From Micromonas sp. (lineage: Eukaryota): 32,000 bases of DNA. This document shows, one piece after another, positions 21,038-31,506 of this stretch. Every line of letters begins with the position of its first letter. The first letter of the stretch is position 1. The notes under the pieces were generated by a model. The model saw nothing but the letters and a program-made list of their open reading frames with translations. It was not told the DNA's origin and did no database searches. Location of the stretch: NCBI GenBank assembly GCA_000090985.2, contig CP001574.1, positions 1,535,344-1,567,343 of the forward strand, read 5' to 3'. Position numbers and translations under genes: made by a program.

Positions 21038-23261
21038 ATTCGACCACCATTATCTGAAAATGCGACAGCATTATCCTACACAGGCCTACAGTAAAATTGT
21101 GCCGACGACTAGCTATGCGGAAAACAGTCATTACAACTGCCCCTTGTACCGCAAACAATGTGGTCAAAATCAAAACACCCGTGACAGCTGTCGAACACTC
21201 ATTACACTTCAGGCTTCGCCCATCCATAGACGGACTTGCATATCCACGCGAGCAAACGGCGCAAAGATTACCTTCATGACCGGTCGTACAAGCACTGTGC
21301 ACGCCTCCGAGGCATGCGCGGAAATTCAAGCATTTATAAATAAAAGTAATATTCCTGCTGGTCCTCCAATAACCAGATTTCACGACGATGTGTTCTGAGG
21401 AAAGACCGTTGCATATGCCACCATTCGGGCAAGGGTGGCATTCAAATGAATCTTCAGGATGACTCCGATAGGTGGACAACGATCTGTCATTGGGATTATA
21501 CGGAGAAATGCAATGGCACGCGTCCTTTTCATAATTTGCAAGAAAGCCGGGAAGACGTTCACCAGAAAATGTCGTCCATAACTCCTTTCGGTAGCCATTT
21601 TGTTTTGACGTATCCATGTCATTTGGACACGCCGTGCAGTCTTGAGGGCCAGGGGATTCCTTGTAGTGACCGTTAGTGCACGGGACGCACACACCATATG
21701 GATGAAGAACAGGTGAATAAATATCCGACATGGAGACAACCATGTTGTACAGATTAGGGCTTGCAGATATGCTTTTTGTAGAGTCACTGTACCCCGTGCT
21801 GACAGTGGAACCACGGCGAGTGTCTTCTGTATAGCCAGGCATGCACTCACACTGGCCATTTTGATCGTTTTGCGAGTTCGGTTTGACATCTTTGCAAGCC
21901 AATAGTGTGAAAGGAAAGTGGGTCTTGCTGAGACCTATAGTTACAACATCAAATTGGAGCAAATACGATCTCCCGCGGTCCCCAAGAATTCTTAACTCTG
22001 TAAAAGTAGCCATTCCATCAGTCAAAGGAGCAATTTGACCACGAATACCCCGCGCACTCGGCATAACAGAAATCATTGCAAATGTGTTCAAATCATCGCA
22101 TACGTTATTAGCAATGTCCAAGGTAAGCAACCGAATATGTGGGGTGATTATGAAGTCATTTTCAAATGTTGCAGGTGGCTCGTCCAAAAAGTCTAAGCGT
22201 TTTGGGATACCTGGAATTATGGTAATCTCAAGCTCGTCATTATTCAGTTCTTGATAGGATGCATCTTCGCACACTTGCAGGGGACAATAGCTTGAAAATC
22301 GAAATCTGTAATTGCCAACATATGGACGTTCAAGATATAGACCATATGCACGTCCAAACCATGAAGGTTTCGTTTGAATTCCATAGAACGCGCATTTCGT
22401 ATCATGATCAAAGTTGCTCGCTTGAGCCCCCAGGAGTGAACTTGAACCTTCACCGCTCTTTGTTAAGGCGTTTGCGCGAGCTTTCTCTGAGTCGATGTCT
22501 GATGGATAACAGAACTGAGGAATCGGGATGCCATTCACGCCATCCTGACACCATGCAACAAATCCTTGCGTTGCCAACAATTGCGCTCGGCTCCGATTTG
22601 ACAACATCGTCATATTTGCTGTGTAGGTCACCTCCTCGCCTGATGCAAAGTTTTTCCCATAAACAAGCTCGACGGTCACATTTCTTGTCTGCTCAGTTTC
22701 CTGATTCACACGAACCAATGTGCCTCCAGCATCGCGGATCACAACAAGAGTATGTCTAAGGGAAACCAACATATCTGCTCGGTAAACTAGGCTGTCAACG
22801 CACAATCCATCTCCAGCACGTCGATAACACGTTGGGCAGCCACACACATCCAAACTTGACATGGGACCCGTTGTGACTGTAATGAAGAAAGAGTAAGCAA
22901 GAAGCGACGGAGAGGAAATTGTGACCACGAAGTTTCCTGATTTTGGCCTCACTAGCTGAAGGTCATCGATGATCCCTTCGCCGAGAGCAGTGCGACGAGT
23001 ACTGACAAAAAAATGTGTAACAAAGTTGTCCTCAATCATCGATGGCGTTTTTCTAGCGATTGAACAGTGAGAGTCGTGATCTTCTTTGGATTCCTCGTGC
23101 GAGTCTCTGACTGATGTGACCAGTTCCCGGCGCACGCCTGTTCCGAGCTGGTCAATATCGAGCTGGCCAATCAAATTGTTTCCACCGTCCATTACAACAA
23201 CAGCAAAGCTCTCTATCTGTAGTGAACGCTCCGAGGGATAGACAGTTCGCAACGTGTATAT
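21038..23261 (-). CDS. Giant gene exon with further Ig-like modules, Cys-rich ephrin-receptor/furin-like repeats and the first TM helix
   Basis: This is the open frame of track ORF 20988..23291. It contains IESFAVVVMDGGNNLIGQLD. Cys-rich repeats include CECMPGYTEDT, YGVCVPCTNGHYKESPGPQDCTACPNDMDTS, FECHPCPNGGICNG and CTTGHEGNLCAVCSRGYA..KCNEC. The TM helix is VTGVLILTTLFAVQGAVVMTVF. The 5' boundary (AATAAG|ATA at 23262/23261) is inferred. Confidence 0.7.
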
Positions 23262-23379
23262 CTTATTGTTGAACAAAAGGTAGGATCGCACAAGGTGAAG
23301 AATATGAGGTTATTCACTAATGTTATTTGAAAAAGAAGCTTGAATGCAAAAAAAGTCTGGTGTTGACCATCGTGTGCAC

Positions 23380-26300
23380 ATTTGGGACATTAAGTTTGTA
23401 CGGACTTCCAATTTCGATCGCAAAAGATGAAATATCACTAAACAATCCATCTCCTCCGAACGTGAGATTATAAAAGCCAATCAATGGATTCCTAATTTGA
23501 ATCCTATCAAATATCACAGTCCCTTTCCCAGATTGCAAGGTTTCAGTATTATCACCGGAATTTTGCAGGAGTGCTGCGGTCCCATTAGTTCCAACTGGAC
23601 TGTCAGTGATGTTTGCGAACACCGGCATCGTGAGCAGATTAGAGGAGCCAACAAAGTTCAACCCTGCATCGTATACGCCGACAGTTATCGGTTTGATCTT
23701 AACCAGTGGTCCTGATGCATACGTAGCTTGAGGCGTTGAAATAATTTTCAGCCTTACTGCCTGCCCCTCGGTAACCTTTATGGTGAGTGTGACGAAACGA
23801 AGAGAGGGAGAAGAAAATAGTATATCGTGTATCCCCTTTTGAGGTGATAGGAGTCGAATAGATGCAAAGTAGGCAATGTCTCGCTGAGTGTAGACAAAAT
23901 CGGTTCCTCCTGTTCCTGGACCGCCTGGATGTGCTCCAACCTTAGCTGTGTTGCATATGAGATGCACGGGGCGCGAATGGGTGTCGGTTTGTCCGACAGA
24001 GGATCCGCCTGCATCCAAAACTTGAACGATAATCGGAGAAGCAGAACTTGATAGTACTGATGTGTACATGCTCTGAAACGTGAAACTAAATTTCGGTGGA
24101 AGCGCGAGACCCAGTTTCACGGCCACCCCTGGAAGTATTTCTACTCCAAAACTCACCCCGATTATCCCAGGCGATTTAAAGGTCATGAGCAGTGGATTCA
24201 ACGCCGTGGCCTGCTTAGGTGCCAAGAGAGCTAGGTTCGTAAATGAATACAATCCTTCTAATGGATTTCCAGAAAATTCATCTGGCTGATCAGGCAAACA
24301 TGTAGGAGAGTAGGTGGAACCAGCAGATGACTGAGAGCTTGAGTCTTGTGGATGAAGCAAGCACACTGCACTTCCAACTATGCTTTCGTGCTTCATGGTA
24401 ATTTTCTGCTTGGGGCAGTATAAACCACCAACCTTGCATGCGATGTCATGATCTCCGCGTAGAATGTTTTCTCCGCTATCGAGTACATAAGTTCGTATTG
24501 GTGATAGGCTAACGACATCGGAAACATTATACACGGCACATGTGCAAGTGTCATCAGAATTGCTTTGAACAACTGTGCTGGTGTCACAGATGCCGTTCAA
24601 ATGGAACTTCGGACAGGGTGCAGAGATGCCAAGGTGATGTGCCCGGCCTGGATACAATGTAATTTGTACTGTTGCACTCTCCAGCATGGGATCTAATGGC
24701 ATTGTAGTCAGCGAAATTTCAAAGATTCCATGCGGTGGTTTATACAAAGCGATATCATCGATGACCGCATAGTTGGAAATTCCCTCCATTTCATAGACAG
24801 TACTCAACGTGCCAGTAGTCGTATTAAACGATCCATTCATTGTCACAAGAATCGTAGCGCGAGATTGCCTTGTGTTATCACCAGTGATGTGAGGGTAAAG
24901 TCCATCAGTGGCCAACCCAGGAAGGGATATCGAGACATAGCGACGTTGGTGAGTTTCTGTTGTCACGTCATATTGTGATGAAATGTTAAATTCTTCAACA
25001 TGGGTTTGATTAACAACGCGCCACAATGTTACGTTCCGGAACGATTCCAGGAATTTGCCTTGCGTTTGATTAGTATCTCTTAGCAATGTGGTAGGATAAG
25101 TGAATGAAGTCCGCACAATAGTTGCATCGGCCCCAACTGGATTTCGTACCGTGATATGCGACGATTCTTTTACAGGTCCAAATACGACATCAACAGTTGA
25201 TACATTGAAGTCGGGCAGCTTGCCTGAAAGATGATTCCCGCCAGAATCTACAGGCACGACGCGGATGACGTCCAGAGGCACAAGGTGATCCATAGAAGCG
25301 TACTTCCGAAAAGTTGATAAATTGACGTTCCCGAGAGAGAGTGAGTACTCGCCCATGTCTTTTAACGTGTCGGCTAGAACATGAGCATGCAACTTCGTTC
25401 GATCTCCTGCGATAACGTTTACAGTGATTGCTGCATCTAGCAAGGGGCGAAAGTCCGCATCAGAACTTTGAAATACCAGCTCTGGGGTCCTAAAAACAGT
25501 AACTTTCTGCTCGGTACATTTTATGACATGAGCTCCAATGATTGGTCGCACAATCAACATGTCAGAAAATTCAACAAAACCTTCTCTTTCTGTGTGTGCC
25601 ATGATAGTGCCGGTCAAACTGGCAGTGACAGAATAACAAAGTACTTCCCGACTCACGTCAGCATCCAAAAAGACGTCATACCGATCATTTACACCGAGCT
25701 GATTCCCGCCTCCGTCAAGAACTTCCAATCTAAATTTTCCAATCGGAACAAGAGATGCAGCTGACAATTCAACTGTACTTACGAGATGCACAGCATGCCA
25801 TTGATAGCCACGAGTGCCACGGTTCATGCGAATGCCTTGGACAGATGATACGAGTGCAGGAGAGCTGAATTCAAGTCCATACCATCCGACGGGTTTGCAT
25901 CCTATACTGAATGAATAAGCAGGAAAACGCCATTCAGCAGCACCCGCGGCATCTGTTTGAGCAATGACTCCGTACACCTGAAGGCCTGGCTGTCCATGAG
26001 GCAAAACCGTTACAGTTCTGCGTTCTCGATCATTTTCGAGTTGATTATTACCGCCGTCGAAAATATTTAACGCGATCGTTGTAGTGACTACCTCCTCTGA
26101 AGAATCGCAGGCTATAATCACATCTGCATAATTAGAAATGTTCAGGTAGACTGCTTCTCCAGGGATAATTTCAAGCTTTGATACCGAAAGAGCATGAACA
26201 TCCTCCAGTGAACCGCGCAATCGTGCATAGAACTGAAGACGATAAAAGCCTTGGGATGGCGACCCAAAAGTTAAAGTACTGTCACTTCCTGGCTTTCTTG

Positions 26301-29300
26301 ACCCTGTGGGCTCTTGGTTGACTAATTTCAGATCATAGAACGTCGCAGTGCCGTTTATGGATTCTACCATTTCTGAACCATGGAGTCTCGCACCGTTCAC
26401 GCGTCGTTCAAGCATGTCAGCACCCAGAATCCCGTTGTATTCTGACTGACTGGTAGTGCTGACAACGTGTATTGCGTGTGTAGAACTATCCAGGTCACCA
26501 ATTTGATTACTGCCGGCGTCCAAAATATCCACAAATATTGGCCCGAGCATTACAGAAAGTGATGCCGATTTGATAATGCCATCTGATGACCAACCTAACT
26601 TCTGATCGTTTGCAGATACGTACCCCGGTCGGACAAGTATTTGAGCAGGAGCCCCAGGAAATACAGTTATCACTTGTGTGGTTATTCCAGGCATGCTGAT
26701 GCATGAATCCATGCCACGGGTGCAATCCCGAAGTGAAAAAATGAGATGATAGTCCCCCCGGGCAAGGGAATGAGAAAACCTTGGGGTCAGTGATAGGAAA
26801 CCTCGATCAGTCACTCCCTCGAAGCCAGAATCAAGTTCATATGTTTGGCCACGCCGAGGAGATGCGGAGGAATTAATCGTTATTTTCACTGAGAAGCCTC
26901 GAGTTCCACCCTCGCCAATGTCGTTTTCCATGACGAATCCATCAAGATCAGCTATTCGCATCTGAAATGTACCGAGAGTCATGCTATAGTCGTTTCGAAC
27001 TGAACCGTGCATGTACACATCTGAAGTCTGCCGACTGATAACTTGAAGGTGATGAGGCCGTCCATATATTTTCAATGGCTGCTCTGCCATATGAAAATCT
27101 TTCGAATTCATTGAGAACGCAACTGTCACTTTCCTTGGATCGTCGTTTGGAAGCCACTCCATCGCTTGATAGAAATCAACGTTCCCATCCGTGGCTCCAA
27201 GGGGGTTACAACGCGTCTTCCCAGACACAACGTGTGTCCTGCATATCGGACAAATGATCGTTGTCGCAGTGACAAACACGGCCGGTTGATCTGAGCTTGC
27301 ATTCTGATTGAACCGACATACCAGTGAGGCAGTGTTTATGAATGGCCCCCCAACGAGCGTAATACGGGAAGGGATCTGATTAGCATCTTCTCCAGTTATC
27401 ATTACGGATGGAGGGGAAACGCCATTTGCTAAAATCCTTGTCACGATTGGCACCGCGTAAAATCTGTATACCATTTTATCGTCTGTCCACAGAGAGATGT
27501 TGAAAAGCTCATCACGGGTGGCTACAGAGTGCTCATAAAAGACATTGAAAGAGAGCTGAACAATTGCAAATCCACTCGCCAAAGGACCTTGATCTGTTCG
27601 ATCTGAGATTTCTACCGCCTGTGGCGCTGTGCAACGCACTTCGGTGCTGTTGACAACCATGGCAGGAACCCAGCCTCCAATCGGAAATATGTCAACATCA
27701 TCGATCGAAAATCCAAACCGACATGATGCAAAGCTACTTTTACCTTTGCTTCCTGTGTTGCCTGTTGGGAATCCAGAACCTGATAAAGTGATCGCAGTAC
27801 TAGCCCCAGAAGATGGACCGTATCTTGGCGATATTGATGTGATTTCTGCAGTAGAAAGTCTTGAATATGTGACTGTCGGTTCGGTAAGAGAAGCGGTAAT
27901 AAGAGAAAATACATCAGAGGCATACACCATTGCCCTGAGAGGCTCGGTTGACAGGTGTGATGCAATCCGACGGAAACATTGAGCAGTGCAGGAGACCGTG
28001 GTATCAGGACCACCAATTTCAAGTTTCACTACGCGAGAATTCGTTGTCGCAGATCCTCCTGTCAATGCGAATAAAAAACCACCACTCCATGTTCCATCCG
28101 GCATCACAGCCATTCGGTGAACATTGATTTCTTTGAGGCCCTCGTCGTCGCTTCCTGATAAAACAACCTCTCTCAAACAGCCCTGATCATCAAAGTCATC
28201 AAAATGTAAACTGAACATCCATATGCGTCCCGGTGAGGAATCACAACCATCGTCATGACATCTCACAGTTGCAGTTCCAGCGTAAGCATACTGGCCATGA
28301 GCGACAACCGATTTGAATGTTGAATGGGCCATTTTTCTTCGGTCAGGGATATCCCCGTCAAAATACATTTCATCACCATCAACTTTGTCAACAATCCTGC
28401 TAGCTTCTGCGCGGATTTTGAGTACAGAGGGGTAATATCCGGCATCCGAATTAATAGTTCGGGATGATCCTACAAAAATAACGTAGTGAGCGTCATCAAT
28501 TGAGGCAAATGTGGCGGCGTTGAATCTAAATGCATCACGACGAATAGCGCATGTTCCGCATCGTCGCTCCAGGTAACCGGGTGAAATTGGGACATCTTTA
28601 ATAGAAGTAAGGATCCCATCCCGAACTTCTAGTACCCCGACACGAGACTTAATATTGACATCTCTTGGCGTGGCTTTGTAAAGTAAGGTGCCCTCCTCAT
28701 CATTTGTGGTCATCGCATCTAATATCCAGCCTTCATTGTGAGTGAAGAAGTCTATCGCCGATCTGTTGTGATTAGAAGCGAGGGATCCATTTCTTCCATC
28801 CCAGCGATATATCCTGAATATATATTCATATGGGTCGTCGTGATCGCTGTTAGATTGCGTGATCGATCCTTTGTTTCTCCACATATTCAATACAGTGTAG
28901 ACAAATGATCTGTTGGAATCCAGTGAAATATCTCGATACCCTCCCTCATCCCGCCAACCGTGTGCTGTTTGGTACATGGAATTCCAGCCTGGGGTAGTCC
29001 GCCCACCTGGATGACTTTGTGTGCAGTTATTTTCTGTCGTCATGCCAGATCCGCACCAGTTGTCGATTGGAATCATCGGAAGGGGTTGAGAATGACTAGG
29101 TGGACGGGCTGGCCCGGACTTCCCCCAACCAGGTGCGTCACTCTCAGTGTCTCCAACCGAGGAGATTTCAACCACGGCGTCTCTCCCAGAAGAATCATAA
29201 ACACTCGCAAATATTCTACCATTCCTTCCATTGTACGCCAAGTCTGCTACGTGACGATCCCCTTCAATTTCTCTTCGGGTGGTAAATCTATAGCCATACG

Positions 29301-29340
29301 TGCCATCACGTCGTTTTTGGAGGGAGATCCCAGGACGAAC
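23380..29340 (-). CDS. Giant gene main exon (~1987 codons) with a propeller-like N-region, two IPT/TIG-like modules and at least seven Ig-like repeat modules
   Basis: The frame is open from the acceptor TTTTCGTAG|G (29341/29340). The track ORF 23323..29241 merely starts at an internal TTG. IPT/TIG-like modules: ITSISPRYGPSSGASTAITLSGSGF..EVRCTAP and ..ITLVGGPFINTASLVCRF.. A strand motif V-x-V-x-D-x-G-x-N-x-x-G recurs: VDILDAGSNQIG, LNIFDGGNNQLE, LEVLDGGGNQLG, VVPVDSGGNHLS, TYVLDSGENILR, VQVLDAGGSSVG and VGVYDAGLNFVG. The 3' boundary (AAT|GTGCAC at 23380/23379) is inferred. Confidence 0.8.
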
Positions 29341-29567
29341 CTACGAAAACCAGGTTTGTAACTGTCAAACGCGTCATGCAAATTGAAAAGGTATCTATAA
29401 AGGGAGATAAACACGAGTTTTAGTTCCTACAAGCGAGCAATCGATGCCGGATCGACCAGGAGTGCACAGACAAGTTCCGTCAAGCTGTTTCACAAGTTTT
29501 GGGAAAGAAGTGGCGTTAGACATCACGCGGTTCCTAAGGTGTTATGCAAGATGAATTGATGTCACAC

Positions 29568-29690
29568 CTGACAGATGCCATAACCCTTGCCCTCGTAGCA
29601 GTCGTTGGGACAGTAATAATACGTAAGACTAGCCCCTTGGCACGACACGAAACAGAAAACGAACGAAAGAAAGGTCAGGCGCCTAGGCAT
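29568..29690 (-). CDS. Giant gene exon 1, encoding the signal peptide and a Cys-rich start
   Basis: From the ATG at 29690 the exon encodes MPRRLTFLSFVFCFVSCQG|ASLTYYYCPNDCYEGKGYGICQ. The hydrophobic core and small residues before the putative cleavage site fit a signal peptide. The donor is CAG|GTGTGA (29568/29567). A 227-nt intron leads to the in-frame acceptor at 29340. This exon is not in the ORF track because it is under 60 aa. Confidence 0.6.
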
Positions 29691-29932
29691 CAGTTAAATT
29701 TGGTGAAAAGAAACTGGAGCTGTGTGGAAGTCAGGCCGTGTGCTCGCGTCTTCTATCAGTCGACCATTAGAATTCCCGCGTGATCATGCAAGTAGAATAA
29801 CGTCGATGCCCGAAGCAATCAATTTCTTCCAGTGTTTGGGTCCATGAGAGCCGTGAGATTGCGAATAAGACGAGAACGCTGCGTTCTTGCGGTGAGCAGT
29901 TCAATAAAAGCGAGCAGCATACTCATAACTTT

Positions 29933-30055
29933 TACCTTCGGTACCTTCGAAGGTAAAATGTACAAGTAGCCTTAATATGAGGGTAAAAGTTCACACATAT
30001 TACGAAGGTAAAGATATATATTATCCATGTACCTTCAAAGGTATGGATACCTTCG
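29933..30055. repeat. TACCTTCG/CGAAGGTA motif cluster upstream of the giant gene
   Basis: Exact 8-mers start at 29933, 29942/29948 (the palindrome at 29942-29955), 30003 and 30048. A near-palindrome, TACCTTCAAAGGTA, lies at 30030-30043. Confidence 0.85.
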
Positions 30056-30207
30056 TATAATATTATACTTAAGATATGATAAAAGATCTTTATTTATTAG
30101 TCTACGAATAGACACTGAATAGACCATATATATGCCCTGAGAAGCTGATGACATGTATGGCCTTTCGATCTTTGGTAGTCTTCGGATTTTTTTTGTGGCC
30201 CCGGGGA

Positions 30208-30301
30208 GGGGATTTCTGTTGCAATCAAGTCTGATGAAACGAAAGTCCTCAGTTAGGATCAAAGAAGAACGAAGATTGTTCCATTCTCAGGTTTGATAGC
30301 A
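30208..30301 (+). repeat. Direct repeat copy 1, with a 37-bp insertion relative to copy 2
   Basis: GGGGATTTCTGTTGCAATCAAGTCTGATGA[37 bp, 30238-30274]ATTGTTCCATTCTCAGGTTTGATAGCA. Confidence 0.8.
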
Positions 30302-30861
30302 GTCATAACCTGAAATTGACTGATTTGCAGATATGGGCCCGAGCGTTTTTTTCTGTTCGGCTCCCGCAAGCATTCCCTTTTAGCCTTGAGTGAGAGATAG
30401 AGTTCAACAAGATAGACTCGCACTGCCTTTTTACTGGAAGTTGGTGCTTGAGGCCTAAGAGTTGCAAAGACGAGTGTGTGGTTCTTTAACCTCCTCTATG
30501 TACTCCTCTTAAGCCACTTAGAAACCTGTTGTAACTCAGCAATGAGTTTGTCAAAGACCCTGACTACAAAAATCCTCTAGAGAGTGTCTAACTGGTTGAC
30601 TTTTAGTGTACTTCAGACAATCTATAGTCAGTTTACAAGTAGGGTTGTAACAGAAATTGGTATCGAAGCTACTGAATTGTCAAGTGACCCCCTGTCAGTA
30701 CTTTGCAGAACATAAACATCACAAAGGACACGCACAGCAAGGTCCATCAACCTTTGGCCCCGGTTATACCAGATTCCAATTGAACTCGGTCCCGACCAAA
30801 CTGATCGATGCGATCTTACAGCAAGTCTTAGCTGTGCTCCAGGAGTAGCACGATGCTAGAA

Positions 30862-30918
30862 GGGGCGTTTCTGTTGCAATCAAGTCTGATGATTGTTCTA
30901 TTCTCAGTTTTGATAGCA
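30862..30918 (+). repeat. Direct repeat copy 2 (57 bp)
   Basis: GGGGCGTTTCTGTTGCAATCAAGTCTGATGATTGTTCTATTCTCAGTTTTGATAGCA. It is near-identical to copy 1 apart from the insertion. Confidence 0.8.
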
Positions 30919-31001
30919 TGTTTGATAACTGGCTGAGGGAGTGGCCGACGAGCCGCTTCGCGGCTGTTTAAACTCTGAGCCCTGAAAACCCAACCCCAAA
31001 C

Positions 31002-31041
31002 CCCTAAAGACACGGCGCAGACCCTAAAGATACAGCGCGCC
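31002..31041. repeat. Two tandem 20-mers with a CCCTAAAGA core
   Basis: CCCTAAAGACACGGCGCAGA is followed by CCCTAAAGATACAGCGCGCC, and preceded by AAAACCCAACCCCAAAC. Confidence 0.6.
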
Positions 31042-31181
31042 GCTTGTTACTCGCGCGTCAGCGGCTACATGATAGCGCATCTTGCTAATGTAAAAAACCG
31101 CTCCTGGCAGCGCGTGGCGCTCTTCAGGATATGTACGGGAATAATCAACCCAAGGATGACCAGTCCCGCCCAACACAGCAC

Positions 31182-31410
31182 TACCTTCGTATGATTTTTA
31201 TATATAGGAGCACGATTGGTATCCAAACCAATATCGTTGTCTTCGGTCATCAAATAAAAACGCAAAACAAAACTTTATTTTAACCTTCGAAGGTATGGAT
31301 ATTCTATCTTCAATTATTCGTAAATAACGTTTCAAGTACCTTCGCTTCGTACCTTCGAAGGTACCGAATCAAGGTACTTTTTTCGGCTACATACTTGCAT
31401 TGTACCTTCG
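31182..31410. repeat. TACCTTCG/CGAAGGTA motif cluster upstream of the TrmO-like gene
   Basis: Exact 8-mers start at 31182, 31288 (as AACCTTCGAAGGTA, 31282-31295), 31337, 31350/31356 (the palindrome at 31350-31363) and 31403. The last copy lies ~97 bp before the ATG at 31507. Confidence 0.85.
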
Positions 31411-31506
31411 TATGAGTCTTGTATGTCCATACCTGCCTATATCGCTTTTCCGGTGCAGACAGTCGCGGATCAAAATCCGACGTAAACCGGTCGACTCGAC
31501 ACCCAA

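Noticed and set aside
20955-22759. + strand ORFs 20955..21398, 21097..21279, 21446..21676 and 22259..22759
   Set aside because: These are antisense to the long, repeat-structured giant-gene exon and have no motifs.
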